64,000 nucleotides of DNA, from NCBI GenBank assembly GCA_030141605.1, contig JAQGDQ010000305.1, positions 124,001 to 188,000 on the forward strand, in the 5' to 3' direction. The notes under the pieces are model-generated. The model saw nothing but the letters and a program-made list of their open reading frames with translations. It ran no database searches and had not been told where the DNA came from. A program made the translations under genes and the position numbers. The first letter of the stretch is position 1. Each line of letters starts with the position of its first letter. The stretch is from Tubiluchus corallicola (lineage: Eukaryota > Animalia > Priapulida). Positions 27,101 to 38,237 of the stretch are shown piece by piece.

Positions 27101-27723
27101 AGTAAGTTTGGTTGCACCTAAAATGTGTGACAATATGTGTAGCATTGTATGTGTACTTAGTGAGTGAGTAACGAGATATTCTCAGTAAGTAGTAGCATTA
27201 GTTTCAATTATTGGAACTCTTCTTAAATGTGAAATGAGCAAACTGATTAGCTCTTGTAAGGCACTATTAGTTAGAATGCTTCGATGTTTAAGCCGACCAC
27301 CAAGGTAAAGAAATTTAATGCAAAATATAAGAAATAAAAGATCTCTTTATTTGCAGTCATTTGTCATTGATGCTAAAATCTTGAATAACCCAAGAGTCAA
27401 CAGTCAAGTAACTGACGTTTTTTGTATTGATGTATGGCAATTGACCCATACATTAAAATTAATTTTACCTCCTGCTTTCAATTATGTAGCTGTTTGATGA
27501 TTGGTGAAACTATTTAAATGCAGAGGTGAAAGTTCCAAAATTCTTCTAACTAGACATTTCTTGATGAAAGGAATGAACAAGTATACTGATCTTGTCTGTT
27601 TAATGAATGCACTGTCTTCCTTTTTAGATGCTTAAGCAACATCTTCTTCAGTATAAAGAGTTTCTCACGGACAATCCTCTTGGCTTTAGTTTGCACGAGG
27701 ATATTCAAGAACCTCTGTTATAG
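7247..27723 (+). CDS. RPAP1: RNA polymerase II-associated protein 1, 26 coding exons, ~1397 aa
   Basis: GT-AG exons with consistent phase: 7247-7415, 7802(or 7781)-7918, 8644-8684, 9469-9772, 10293-10445, 10561-10794, 11612-11718, 11809-11910, 12719-12820, 13524-13691, 14257-14403, 14923-15127, 15988-16225, 17202-17372, 18978-19182, 19662-19771, 20357-20549, 21063-21209, 22061-22185, 22955-23161, 23988-24113, 24700-24863, 25163-25292, 26221-26386, 26661-26927, 27628-27723 (TAG). Motifs: RPKPGETENDLLRFQREF, IHEENISRIAKMNTDEILQEQ, ARFDFEG...[52 protein letters not shown] near 28785. Confidence 0.93.
8085..8180 (+). mobile_element. SINE fragment containing a 5S rRNA-like segment
   Basis: aagttaagcaatgctgagcctggtca...gatggatgaccatcggg resembles the 5S internal control region (AAGCTAAGCAGGGTCGGGCCTGGTTAGTACTTGGATGGGAGACC). 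Related copies at 15845-15910 (-) and 43055-43125 (+). Confidence 0.55.
12123..12325. repeat. (CT)n / pyrimidine microsatellite plus (GT)n
   Basis: Directly visible; source of the SLSLSL ORFs. Confidence 0.95.
15845..15910 (-). mobile_element. 5S-like SINE fragment (same family as 8085)
   Basis: Reverse complement ttaagtaccctagtgtgtgctaaataccgaagttaagcacgatcggtagaggaatggatgaccg matches the 8085 copy. Confidence 0.5.
17415..17828. repeat. ~200-bp tandem duplication in an RPAP1 intron
   Basis: caaagcaaa(c/t)atctaacgagttgtgaaatg...cgaaacaaacataaaaaaggaaa(t/c)ttggtca present twice, head-to-tail. Confidence 0.9.
19811..19880 (+). mobile_element. tRNA-derived SINE head (A/B boxes)
   Basis: TAGCTTAGTTAG (A-box-like) and GTTCGATTTCC (B-box-like); no tRNA cloverleaf. 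Confidence 0.4.
20740..20830 (+). mobile_element. CORE-SINE-like fragment
   Basis: gtccttgagcaaagttgcttt resembles the CORE domain GTGTCCTTGAGCAAG, preceded by a degenerate B box. Confidence 0.35.
23186..23238. repeat. (GT)n/(GTGC)n microsatellite
   Basis: Directly visible. Confidence 0.9.
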
Positions 27724-27999
27724 TCATGGACTCATATATAGCCGTCATTGTGCGACACTAATCCAAAGAAAGGCAGAGAACAACCAGAGAACTTTCACTG
27801 TATATTCTTATTAATGTATATATGCAATTATATACGTGTGTGTACGTATGTAATGATTTTTGTTTTCACTTCATCCAAGCAACCAAGCAATGCATTTGGT
27901 GATTTTTTGTGTATCTTGTAAACAAATTTAGAAACATTTCCTAAAATTGTTTGAACTGACTTTGTATGCTTCTTTTCAACAATCCTATTCTAATGTACA

Positions 28000-30900
28000 C
28001 TGTATTTGAAAGCAAACATAAGTTCTGACATGTTCCACAGGTGCTACACTTGTTTGCCAAATCAGCAACAACTGGCAATCACAGCAGCAAATGATTCATT
28101 GAACCATGTGAAGTTTTGCATACCAAATCTTTGCACATCTGATAGGCTAGTTGAAATGCCGGCTATCAGTTTTTCAACTGAGCAGGGCAATTTTCGTGAC
28201 TTTTTCTTCTGACTGTTATACATTGCAGATAACAGATTTTCTGTCTGCTGCATGATTGAGCAGTAAACAGTCAAACATTTATTACTACAACGTGCCCTTG
28301 TAAGCGAAGAAAAGTGACTAAACTTCCAACGAGAATTGGCAGATGGCACTATTTCTGACATCTACATTTTAAGAAGGAAACAGCTAATTGACACATTTGT
28401 AAATATTGTAAAAGAAAGTTTTATTATTGACATATGTTGTAATATCTACATGCTTAAATGATTTGCAATGTTTAGTTCATATTATTGGGGTACTGAAATT
28501 TTCAATGGTATAACTCAATTGCAAACTAAGCCTACATCTGCTTACATAGATACAAAAATTCTTTCTAATGATTATAATAAATACCACATGTTAATTAGCG
28601 ATTTGGCATATTGCGTAACAGTTTTAATAGCAGCAAACATATCTTCCTGTTTGTAATTTTTGACAGTTGTAGTAACATTCTGTTAGCTATACTTTTTAAC
28701 GTTGTATCAAAAATGTGCCATGTTATTTATGTGTAATTCTTCGCCTGCAACTAGAGGCCTATTTATTTAGATATATATTTCAAAATAAAAGATTTATAGT
28801 CATTTTCATCATCTCTTTCAAACTGGAGTTGCTAGAAGATGGTAAAAGGGATTGCGAGTGAGAGAGAGGGGGAAGGAAATCAGGGAAGGAAAGAGGAGAC
28901 AAAGAGAGATATACCAGGTGTAGAAATTAGACTTGTTTTTCAGTCATGCATGCGTCTAATATAAATTCATAAAGACGCTTCTCGAAGTAAAATTTTCATT
29001 GAACTCCAAAGCAAACATTCTTACAAAGTATGCACAAAAATTCCACAACAGCTTTAGCAAAATAAATACATACAATTGCTGGCTGCTATATGCATATATG
29101 CACGGGTGTTTTGTGTGTATCCAAATTTTTATAATCATCAAAAAACTATGATTTTGAATTACCAGTCAAGCAGGTAACTTCGTTTTCATTCACTGCTTTC
29201 GTCATATGAGATTAGGCGATCTGAAAATATATGCGAAATTATAAATGCTCTAAAAAATGCAAAATTAGTAAGTATGAAAATTTTCACTCAAATGGGACTC
29301 GAACTAAGACAGTCTGCTTCTCAGGAGCTATACTACCTATCATGACACGAAGGTACTGTTAAGTACACTCTCCGTCACTAGAAGTCTATGAATGTGGAAT
29401 CACAGCGCGCACCTTAGCAAGACAGTGTGAGATCAATCCAAGAATCGCACGATTTCAAGCAATACTAAATTAGAAAGTCTGGAAGAAAGTTTGCATTTTA
29501 CTTTGACTTGAGTTGTCGGGCAACTACGCTAACTACTACATTACTACTTTACAAGCTCCTGGGAACCACAACTGTGTGAAATCACTGTACGGTGTCAGTC
29601 ATGTCATGAAAGTTACCATCTTTTTGTGGCACATTTATAAGAAAATTCAGCAGTACATACAGAATACTTCACCTTGTCTCACAAAAACGGCACCGAATAT
29701 ACTGCGTAAGCGATACGGAGTTTTGCATAAATGAGATATGGTCACTAGATCCTGAATAAAGAAATTTGGTGTTTCCGGTAGACACTGGTTGTGTAACATT
29801 TGTGCCGCCTGGGCTGCTACTTGAGTCAACACCACATCTTTGTGTGTGGAATAATTTATAAAACTTAGCGGTGTAGTAGGAGGACAATTTTTTGTGGAAT
29901 TAATTTCGACACAAATGTTCTTCGGTTTTTTTGAATCAGTATGTTATGAATTCCTAATCTAATCGGTATTTTAGAGGTTTGTGTCAGATGTAGGCTTATT
30001 GTCTACGCATGCGTTTGTAGGATACATATTTTCTATGATACATTTTTGGTACAAAGTACGGAAATTGTTACACACATTGCATCTTTAACTTGCATATAAT
30101 CATCATACAAATATTGCCCACATGCCACTATTGTTTAATCTAATACTGCCGAATATATAAAAATTCTAGCAAGCTGTACTTTAACATTATCTATAAGAAT
30201 TAACACAAGTAATGAGTCTATTGCTGAATTATCACTCAGAACCAAACGGTTGATCCTGCCGAGAAGGCAGGTCTGTTTTTGCTGAAAATTTGGACTGTAT
30301 ATGGCCTGCGTGAACAGACTGTGGGAACGTCTTGGTTGAGGAGCGTCTTTTAACTGCTTGTCACAGCCGCTAATATATACTTTTCGATTTGGCAGAAATA
30401 TATCAGTCATTAATAACTTGATAACCCCTATAACCAGTATAATTAATTGGTTAACTATACTGAGTTGGGAATATGGATACTTGATTAAAACATCCTGTCT
30501 GTCCTTACTGTTATTGCAAACTAGAATGGAAGCACTAATGTGCTTCGATCCAGCATGCGCTACTAGTTCACTTCCATAAGAAAATCTTGGGAAACATTTA
30601 CGGTTTTCATGATCTGTTTTTTTTTCGTTATAGTTAATATTGCGCATTCTTAGGCCAGATTCATTTAACGAGCGCGGTCCATTTAACGGGCATATTTGAT
30701 GGTTGTATTACGAACGTAACAAATCAGGTTCCGATACCACGTAATCGTCCGTAGTATCTTTGCTCTAAATTTCAGGCACCTAAGATAAAAATGCGGCATA
30801 TGATAGCCTTTAATGATAATTGTGCCACCATGATGACACGGGAGCTACCGATATCCAAAAAAACATTGGATTTGTTATATCGGATTGTAATATTACATGT

Positions 30901-31093
30901 ACTTCATAGAATGACACACTTGGAATACATACCTAAATATTATGGCATTTTGAATAAACTTGTGTGTAACCAATATCACACACACAGTGATGTTTGTTAT
31001 AAGGATAAGTATTTGAGACGGAATCTTGGTCACAAACGCTGTAGTCATCCACACACTGGGCACTCGTTAGACACTGATCTCCTAAATATGCGT
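28000..31093 (-). pseudogene. Decayed gene: EB/EGF-like Cys-rich exon followed by Sema-domain (plexin/Met-like) sequence
   Basis: Exon 31093-30933 encodes AYLGDQCLTSAQCVDDYSVCDQD...HCVCDIGYTQVYSKCHNI* with TAG directly before a GT donor. A large frameshifted exon (~30779-29673) contains DVPTVCSRR and SIFGAVFVRQ. It joins in phase 1 to an acceptor at 28361, giving DVRNSAICQFSLEV*, like the Sema motif SA(L/V)CxxSL. Many stops and frameshifts. Confidence 0.5.
29285..29355 (-). mobile_element. tRNA-derived SINE head
   Basis: Reverse complement contains the B box GTTCGAGTCCC. Confidence 0.4.
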
Positions 31094-31697
31094 CTGAAAA
31101 GAAAAAAGAAACACGGAGCTGCCAGAGGAAAATTGACCATTTGGTGGATATGACGAATTTAAATTACATACATTTTTGCCTTTGGCTAATTATTTTTTGC
31201 CTGAGAGAGTCTTAATAATATGAGCTTTGTGATACAGAAATCAATTTTGAGATGCTAGTCAGGTTATATGTGACACGATTATTGTAACTTGATTGTGTAA
31301 TTCGGAAGATAATCATGAGTTATAACTTTCTTAAAATTTTTATGCGTGTAAAGCGGCAGACTGATTATTAGTGTAGAGTGTCCACTCTATTTTGTAGTAT
31401 GTGTTTAATGTACGCCAGAATCTTCGTATTTAGGTCAGAGTATAGTTTTATTTGTAAAAAGCGTCTTTATTATGTAGAACAAAAATACCGAGTGCACCGA
31501 AATTGAATAAATATTATCTCCGTGACAAAGATTTTGAAAATAAAACATTGAATTGATGAGATGAGAGATTTTCGAGGCTTGCAGTAAATAGAGGGCTTGC
31601 AGTAAAATAGTTTAAACTTTGAACTATGCTTAAATTATATTCTTGCAGGGTGTATTCTGTGTTATTTTCGCCTTCCTTTGACATAAAAAATGTTGGC

Positions 31698-31836
31698 TAA
31701 AGTTTAAAATTCCCACACATAAGAAATTAGCTCATGAAGCGGATTAGGGTTAGGATTTGGAATAGGGTTACGGCTAGGGTTGGGTGGGTTAGGGTTAGGG
31801 TTAGTGTATTTAAGTTGTGTGGGGAATTATAAACTC
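31698..31836. mobile_element. Small MITE-like element with internal degenerate (TTAGGG)n
   Basis: Inverted ends agtttaaaattcccacaca / tgtgtggggaattataaact enclose ttagggttagg...ttagggttagggttag. Confidence 0.6.
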
Positions 31837-32567
31837 CTTCCAAAATCTTCCCTTACACATAGATTTTATAATACAAAGAAGCTTTTATATTTACAATTAA
31901 AATACAGTTTAACTTTGATAAGCCAGGGTTAATAAAGTCTATATTCAAGAAGAATTAATCTCAGTAGCCGCGAATGAGTTGGAGAAAGAAGACACCAGAA
32001 ACCAGTTTTACATTTACGCAGTATTTCAAAAGCTTTGCAGACATTGTAGTACCTTACCTACGAAGCTGAATGGCCTTTGCTAATAACCCACACCAATTCT
32101 GTTTATATTGAAAATTAGTTTGTTAATATATTATCGTGAAACAATACACCTGCATAATAATAATAGTTGTGCTAGATATTATTCATAATATTTTTCCTAA
32201 GCTGACCTGCACTAGAATTAATAATAAGTCAAGACAGTAATACTGGTATCAATTAGACCTAAAGTATTTGACACACTATATTAATTAGGTCACAAGATGC
32301 TTCTCCATTTTGGTAATATTTATTCCAGATTAGCTATATACCTAATGGTTTTGGCTACGAAAAATTATTAATAAGACCATACAGGTATCAATTAGACTTT
32401 CTGCATTAATTAGATCGTAAGGCCCTTCTTTATTAGGCAGCAACATAAGGGTGGAAGTCAAAGCAAATGCATTTAAAAGAGGAATTTAACGCAGAGTGGA
32501 TATCATATCACATCTGCTTTCCACCGAGGAAATTCTTCACTGCTCATAGTACATTCGTCTATTCATC

Positions 32568-33901
32568 ATGCACAAATCAGGAGTGATTGCAGTGGCTCTG
32601 CTTGTTATATTCCTTGTGTGTAAGTACAACTACTTTTAATAGTAATACAGGTTCATGCTAATAGGACATTTCTGATAGCTGTGTAATATGCACTGATATC
32701 TAAAGGCAATAAACTACCTGAATTGTCAATATCAATTTGTGGTTTTATACGTGATTTTAGTTATTGAGTTAATAGTAAGACTTGTAGTGCTTTTGAGATA
32801 AATAGACTTGACGCGCAACCGACCTCCGTAGAAATATCTGTTTAATATTCTACATAGCAGAAATTTGCATGGAATTTTTTGTTTCAGTGAGTACACAAGA
32901 GACTGAAGCACGTCGTGTTGTAAGTATCTTTCAGTTGTGAGCTTAGCTGGTTTCATGCAAAGTCTTGTTTTATTATTTATAAATTATTATTGTCTCAATT
33001 CCATAGATTTTATTACTTGTGCATATTTTTGGAGACTTGTAGGTATAGGCCTGCAATATCATAAGTGCACTACGGGTATTGTAAATGCACGTGTTAGTAG
33101 GAATTATAGGAAGTATTAAATGACTGAATTTACCGATTAAATTAATGAATGAATTAATCAACGCACTAAGGAATGAGTGAGGCGAAATTGAATGAGTGAA
33201 TACATGCGTTAATGTACGTTCAGATATATTTGCAAGTGCTCCCACGATGTTGCACTTTTGATCCGTAACAAAAAACTTGGTTGTATGAAAGTACATGTCC
33301 TCTAATAACAAAAACGCTTGCAAATGTAAAAAACAATAGGGTTAAATGGGATGAAGGCTACAAAATGGTAAATACTGAGACTGAGAAGTGAAACTAAGCA
33401 TAGCTGCGCATACAAACGCAGTAGTAATATACCGTAGTATATATAATAATAATTTATTATTTGACAAAAGTTATATACAATCCCTCTATTTGTACGGAAT
33501 GCGTGAATAATGCTAGCGTTAATTAATTAACATTTATAATGCGTTAATTAACTGATTTGCGCAAAAGGAGCAATGATATACTGATTTCAATTTTTTGGCA
33601 TTTTGTAGCATTTTTTGGCATTCTGTGGCATTTTTTGGCCTTATCTCAGTAGTTTCTGAGACGCGTAATGATGTGATAAAATAGATCTTTATTTCCAAAA
33701 GAGAAACAGCATACAACGGAAAATAAATTTCATTTTCATTTTCATTTTTAGGCTGGTCGCAGAACAGTTGTTGCTGGTTCCCGGGGAGCGGCATCCAGAA
33801 CAGTTGTGGGTGGTCGCCGGGGCGTGGCGGCTAGGGGACGTAGAATCTACCGAGACTTGAGCGAACTTGAAGATGAAGACGACTCGTATGAAGATGAATA
33901 G
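32568..33901 (+). CDS. Small secreted Arg/Gly-rich peptide precursor with acidic C-terminal propiece (candidate antimicrobial peptide), 77 aa, 3 exons
   Basis: Exons 32568-32619 (|gtaagt), 32888-32919 (tttcag| ... |gtaagt) and 33752-33901 (ttttag|...TAG) join in phase 1 and 0 to give MHKSGVIAVALLVIFLVLSTQETEA-RRVAGRRTVVAGSRGAASRTVVGGRRGVAARGRRIYR-DLSELEDEDDSYEDE*. TATA-like CATTTAAAAG at ~32470; AATAAA at 34359. Confidence 0.82.
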
Positions 33902-34439
33902 TTGCAAAACAGTTTGAACATGGACTGGTTATACATACAACCTCATGGAGAAAAAGTTGGACTTTGACTGGGAAATCTACAATATCAGACATTCTAGCCC
34001 GTATCACCTGTCATTCTAGGCACATCTCACCTGTGTGAATTAAGTTAAATTCATTCTGGTGCAAAGCACCAAAACACGTGAAATACTGTTCACGTAATAA
34101 TACTATCATATTAAAGAAATTTACTGGAACAATTACACTGGTTGGTGTTTTTTTTTTGGGGGGGGGGAGGGCGGAATTGACTGACTATATTTCAATTGTA
34201 TTGCTTTTTGTAATTGTGCATTTAATTTTTATCAAATATATTTTTATAATGATTGACTGTCTATATAGGCCGGCCTATATGTTTTAGCTTTTTCCGTGGT
34301 GTTTTGTCTAATTTTTTAACTACACATTTTTTAGTATTTGTATCTGTATTACTTTATGAATAAATAGCTAAATTTAAAATAGTTTCTTATAATGTGTTTC
34401 AATTGATTTCAATATTTGAGTATTTTCAGTATGTCAGAT

Positions 34440-35250
34440 GTTCTATGCATAGGGAACACATGCCCACAAATAAGCTATTAACAAGGTGTCTGAATAACGG
34501 TTATTCCACAGTGATTCAACATAAGCTAGAAGTCGTCCATTTTGAGCATCTTGGCCATGAACGTTGGCCATTCATTTTTCATGCATAAGAGGAACGGATG
34601 TTCAGATTCATCAGTTAATGCTGTGATCAGTGTAATGTCCTGTGGCAATGAAACACCTCTCGCAGAATCAAAGTGAACAGTAAACTCAACAGATAACATT
34701 ACCAAAATTAAACATCACTTTCCAGAAAATAACACAACACTTTACCAAAGCAAGATTTCCAGCACGTTCGAGTGATACAAGGAAACTCGGTCATTAGTCA
34801 TGGTTAACTACATAAGTGTTCTCTTTTGGCCTACTTAGTGGACAGCAGGATTGCCTTAGTCCAATAATGTTCCCAAGGTTCCTATCAAACTGGTAATTCT
34901 TAGATTATAAACTGAAGGAAATTTTCAGAGTTTGCCATAGCAATGACGGCTTCTCGCTTCCAGTCTCCTTTGTGAACGGAAGCGACATAATCCATTATCA
35001 AAGACGAATTCAAGGATGTCGACGTTTTCAACGGAGCAAATGTTATTGTGCCACGAATATTATTTCAGCAATCCGATTATAAGTGAAGGATGATGTTGCA
35101 CCAGTGAGTAAAGATATTATAGTGTTGACCAAGATTGTCCTCAGGCAGCAGGAACAACTCATTAATTGATCGACGCTCATCATAGCAAAAAAACTAAATG
35201 TGATACAATACAGTTTATATTCGACTGTTTCAAACATTGGCTTCTCTACC
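34440..35250 (-). mobile_element. Ty3/gypsy pol relic (RNase H region)
   Basis: Frameshifted LLTGATSSFTYNRIAEIIFVA, KETGSEKP and KNYQFDR resemble gypsy LTSAPVLAYY...GxERPIAYASR...KNYSQIDKE. Confidence 0.45.
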
Positions 35251-35934
35251 CTTTCCCTCGCATGCTCAATAACTGTATGTCTAAATCTATCTAAAGATAT
35301 ATAGAATTATCTATATATCTACAAATATTTACATCTGGGCCACGGAAGCTAGTAAACCACTCAGAGATGAGATCTATGTGAGATACCTTCATAGTATAAT
35401 GATAACGATTCACGTTTGGACAAAGTTACATCTGAAAATTGCTACTTTCTATTCATAAGTTATGTACAGACATTGTTAACTTTGCGCAAAGATAGTGATT
35501 TACAAACATAAAAGAATCTGGCTTCGTTTGATAAACTATTGTTTTATAAAGTTTCTCCCAAAAAAAGTATTTCAAAATGTTGAAGATGGAAATTGACATT
35601 TTCACGACAAAAGATAAAGTTCACAATGGCAATTATGAAGAATTAGTTTGCTACTTAATTCATTACTTGCATACAAACTCGGATAAGAGAACTGTAAAAA
35701 GAAATAAACTAAATACGGTTAAACCAACTTTATTACAAGACAACATCAAAAATATAAACTTTGATATAGCAGCGTAGAAAAGCTAACAAAATTATTACTC
35801 TGAGACCTTCACTGATACTCCTCGCTTTTAGGTCGTTCTACTTATTCACTGTTCAATGCATCACCAGCAAAAGATTTTGAGCACCTGCGATATGAATTGA
35901 AGTGTAAAATAATAATGCGGACAAATTAAGTGCC

Positions 35935-36670
35935 CAGTGACGCACATGTCTTTGCCAGTACGGCATTTTGCCGTTATATTATTTCGCCAGGGTATTATTT
36001 TGCCGGTGGATATTAGAAATAGTACAATACATATTTAAACAGTGCCATCTTCGCCAGTGTAATATACTAAAAATGACCCATGTTTGTGAGAGACTAGGTA
36101 CCTTTCTATAAAATTCTTCGTGAAATACGCACAGTATCGCTTTTTAACCCTTTCATGACTGTGTTTAGAATGTGTTCAACTGCTAATATTCAATGTGTGA
36201 GGTTTACTAGTGTCTTGCAGTTTTTTTTCAAAAAAAGTCTCCTCTCCCATGAAGAAAGACACTAGTAAACCTCACACATTGAATATTAGCAGTTGACACA
36301 TTAGCACATTCTAAACACAGTCATGAAAGGATGAAAAGTGATAAAAGACTGCGTCACACACTCACAGAAAGCGAAATTTAAAACCTATGCAAAAATAACT
36401 TCATCGTTTATATGATGTATGGGACATTCCTGATCATTGTCGAATTAGTTCATCAAGATCACGTTTGATGTTATCGAAATCGGGCGTCAGAAATGATAGA
36501 CTGGCAAAATGATAGACCGACGAAATGAAGCACTAGCAACGAGATAAACTGGCGAAATGATAGAGCAGCGAAATGACATACTGACAAAATAATGCACTGG
36601 TGAGAAAGTAGACTGGCGAAGCGAAATGACAGACCGACGAAACGATGCACTGACGAATTTTACCAGGTAC
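35935..36670. repeat. Foldback element with tandem ~17-bp subrepeats (ACTGGCGAAATGATAG)
   Basis: tttgccagt/tttcgccag units at 35950-36060 are inverted relative to actggcgaaatgatag units at 36490-36660. Related array at ~58790-58950. Confidence 0.65.
36144..36335. mobile_element. piggyBac-like hairpin MITE nested in the foldback element
   Basis: TTAA|CCCTTTCATGACTGTGTTTAGAATGTG...ggtttactagtgtctt mirrored by aagacactagtaaacctcacacattgaatattagcagttga...cacattctaaacacagtcatgaaagg. Confidence 0.75.
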
Positions 36671-37624
36671 AAACGAACATTGGCCGTTCACTTTCTAGGC
36701 ATAAGAGTAAACGGATATTCAGATTCAGCAGTTGAATACGTTACAAATAGTTACTTATCGATACAGATGCGTCACATCTGTGTTCAGTAATTGTAATGCT
36801 CAATCCTTTCAATTCATATAATAATAACCAATACTAATAAAAGGAAAATGTTACATTCGTGGTGCAGAAGAAAGGATAGACTGTGTGGCTTGTGGATTAA
36901 GCTACACCATGAAAAAGTGTACACTACACTTACAAAATAGCCCCAACCCATTGTTATACAATTAAATTAGCATCCTGGGTATTTCTGATGATGGCGTAAG
37001 AATAAAGCGTATTGTAATTAGGCATTATGTGGGCGTCTGTCCTCTTTTGCATCATTAAGCTGCGGGTTCCCCCAGAACAGGCAATTAAATTGTGGTTTAC
37101 TGACGCATAGATTATGACGCATAGCTAAATTAGTTGTCTTTTTGGCAAATATGGCATAGTTAAATTGGCCCATTTTTTATTGATGATTATGAATTTGCCC
37201 TTAAGCGTTTGTTTGAGGAAATCATTTCAGTTGTAATAACTGTTCGTCTTTTGAACACATTTTCTGCGACATACACAGTGTCATAAATTTATACTTAACA
37301 ACAGGGGGGCTATATATTAAAACTTTCGTTAACGCGTCCCTAGCTGGCGTATACGAATAGCTTTTTCTAAAGCAATTCCTGAAGGACATTATTACAACCA
37401 ACGTTAACTGTTGAAAAAAAACATGTTTATGATATTTATGGGCTCGCTAAACAGTTCCTGGTTGAACACCATTCCGCTCTGTATTTTAGCACAATTACCC
37501 ACATTTTATGTTAGAACTCGTGGGTGGACGTAGTTATACTCTTGCTTTTTATATGTCTCAAAAATTATGAACAAAATCGAGCCATATTTGGCTGAGAGAA
37601 TGTTTGGGCTTTTAACATGTGTTC

Positions 37625-37905
37625 CACCCTGATTTACTGCACGTTAGGTCTATGATCTGTTACCCTAATTTACTGGTTTAGGTCTATGAATACTTGCTCT
37701 GATTTACTAGTTTTAGTCTTACTAAGTTCCCTGACTCACTACTTTAGGTCTATTATAGTTAGTTACACTAAGTCTATGGTTAATTACCCTGATTTACAAG
37801 TTATTCTGATCTAAAATAACATCCTATATTAATTTTATTGTTAATTAACCTGATTTACTAGTCTGAGTCTATGGTTAGTTACATTCATTTTCTAATTTAG
37901 GTATA
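37625..37905. repeat. Degenerate minisatellite (~32-bp unit, ccctgatttactggtttaggtctatg)
   Basis: About eight diverged tandem units. Confidence 0.7.
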
Positions 37906-38237
37906 CGGCTAATTATATAGCATTATTATTTGTATAAGAATATTTACTCACTTTTTAGCCGATTTGCTAGCAAGCTTTTGCGAGCACGTTTCTGGCAAAC
38001 GCCATGTCTATGAAAAAATAATAAATAAATAAATAAAAATGTTGATTAGATGATTATGTTCTCGTCAGTTTATTGTTTTTCCAGATTATTTTTGCCAAGC
38101 AAAATGGAACGCAATTTATTGCGATTTTTTAAACATATTTTGACCGAATTAACATTAAAAACACATCACGCATTTCTTCCATTATTTAATTTTTTTAACA
38201 AATGTGCGTACATATCGGTATAATTAAGATGTCTTAG

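Noticed and set aside
30135-30647. 170-aa ORF as an independent gene
   Set aside because: No start context or recognisable domain on its own; interpreted as an open stretch within the frameshifted pseudogene.
31741-31805. Telomere or chromosome-fusion site
   Set aside because: Short, degenerate, single orientation and enclosed by inverted repeats; better explained as part of a MITE.
36490-37905. CRISPR-like arrays
   Set aside because: Units are degenerate tandem repeats without unique spacers, in eukaryotic DNA with no cas genes.
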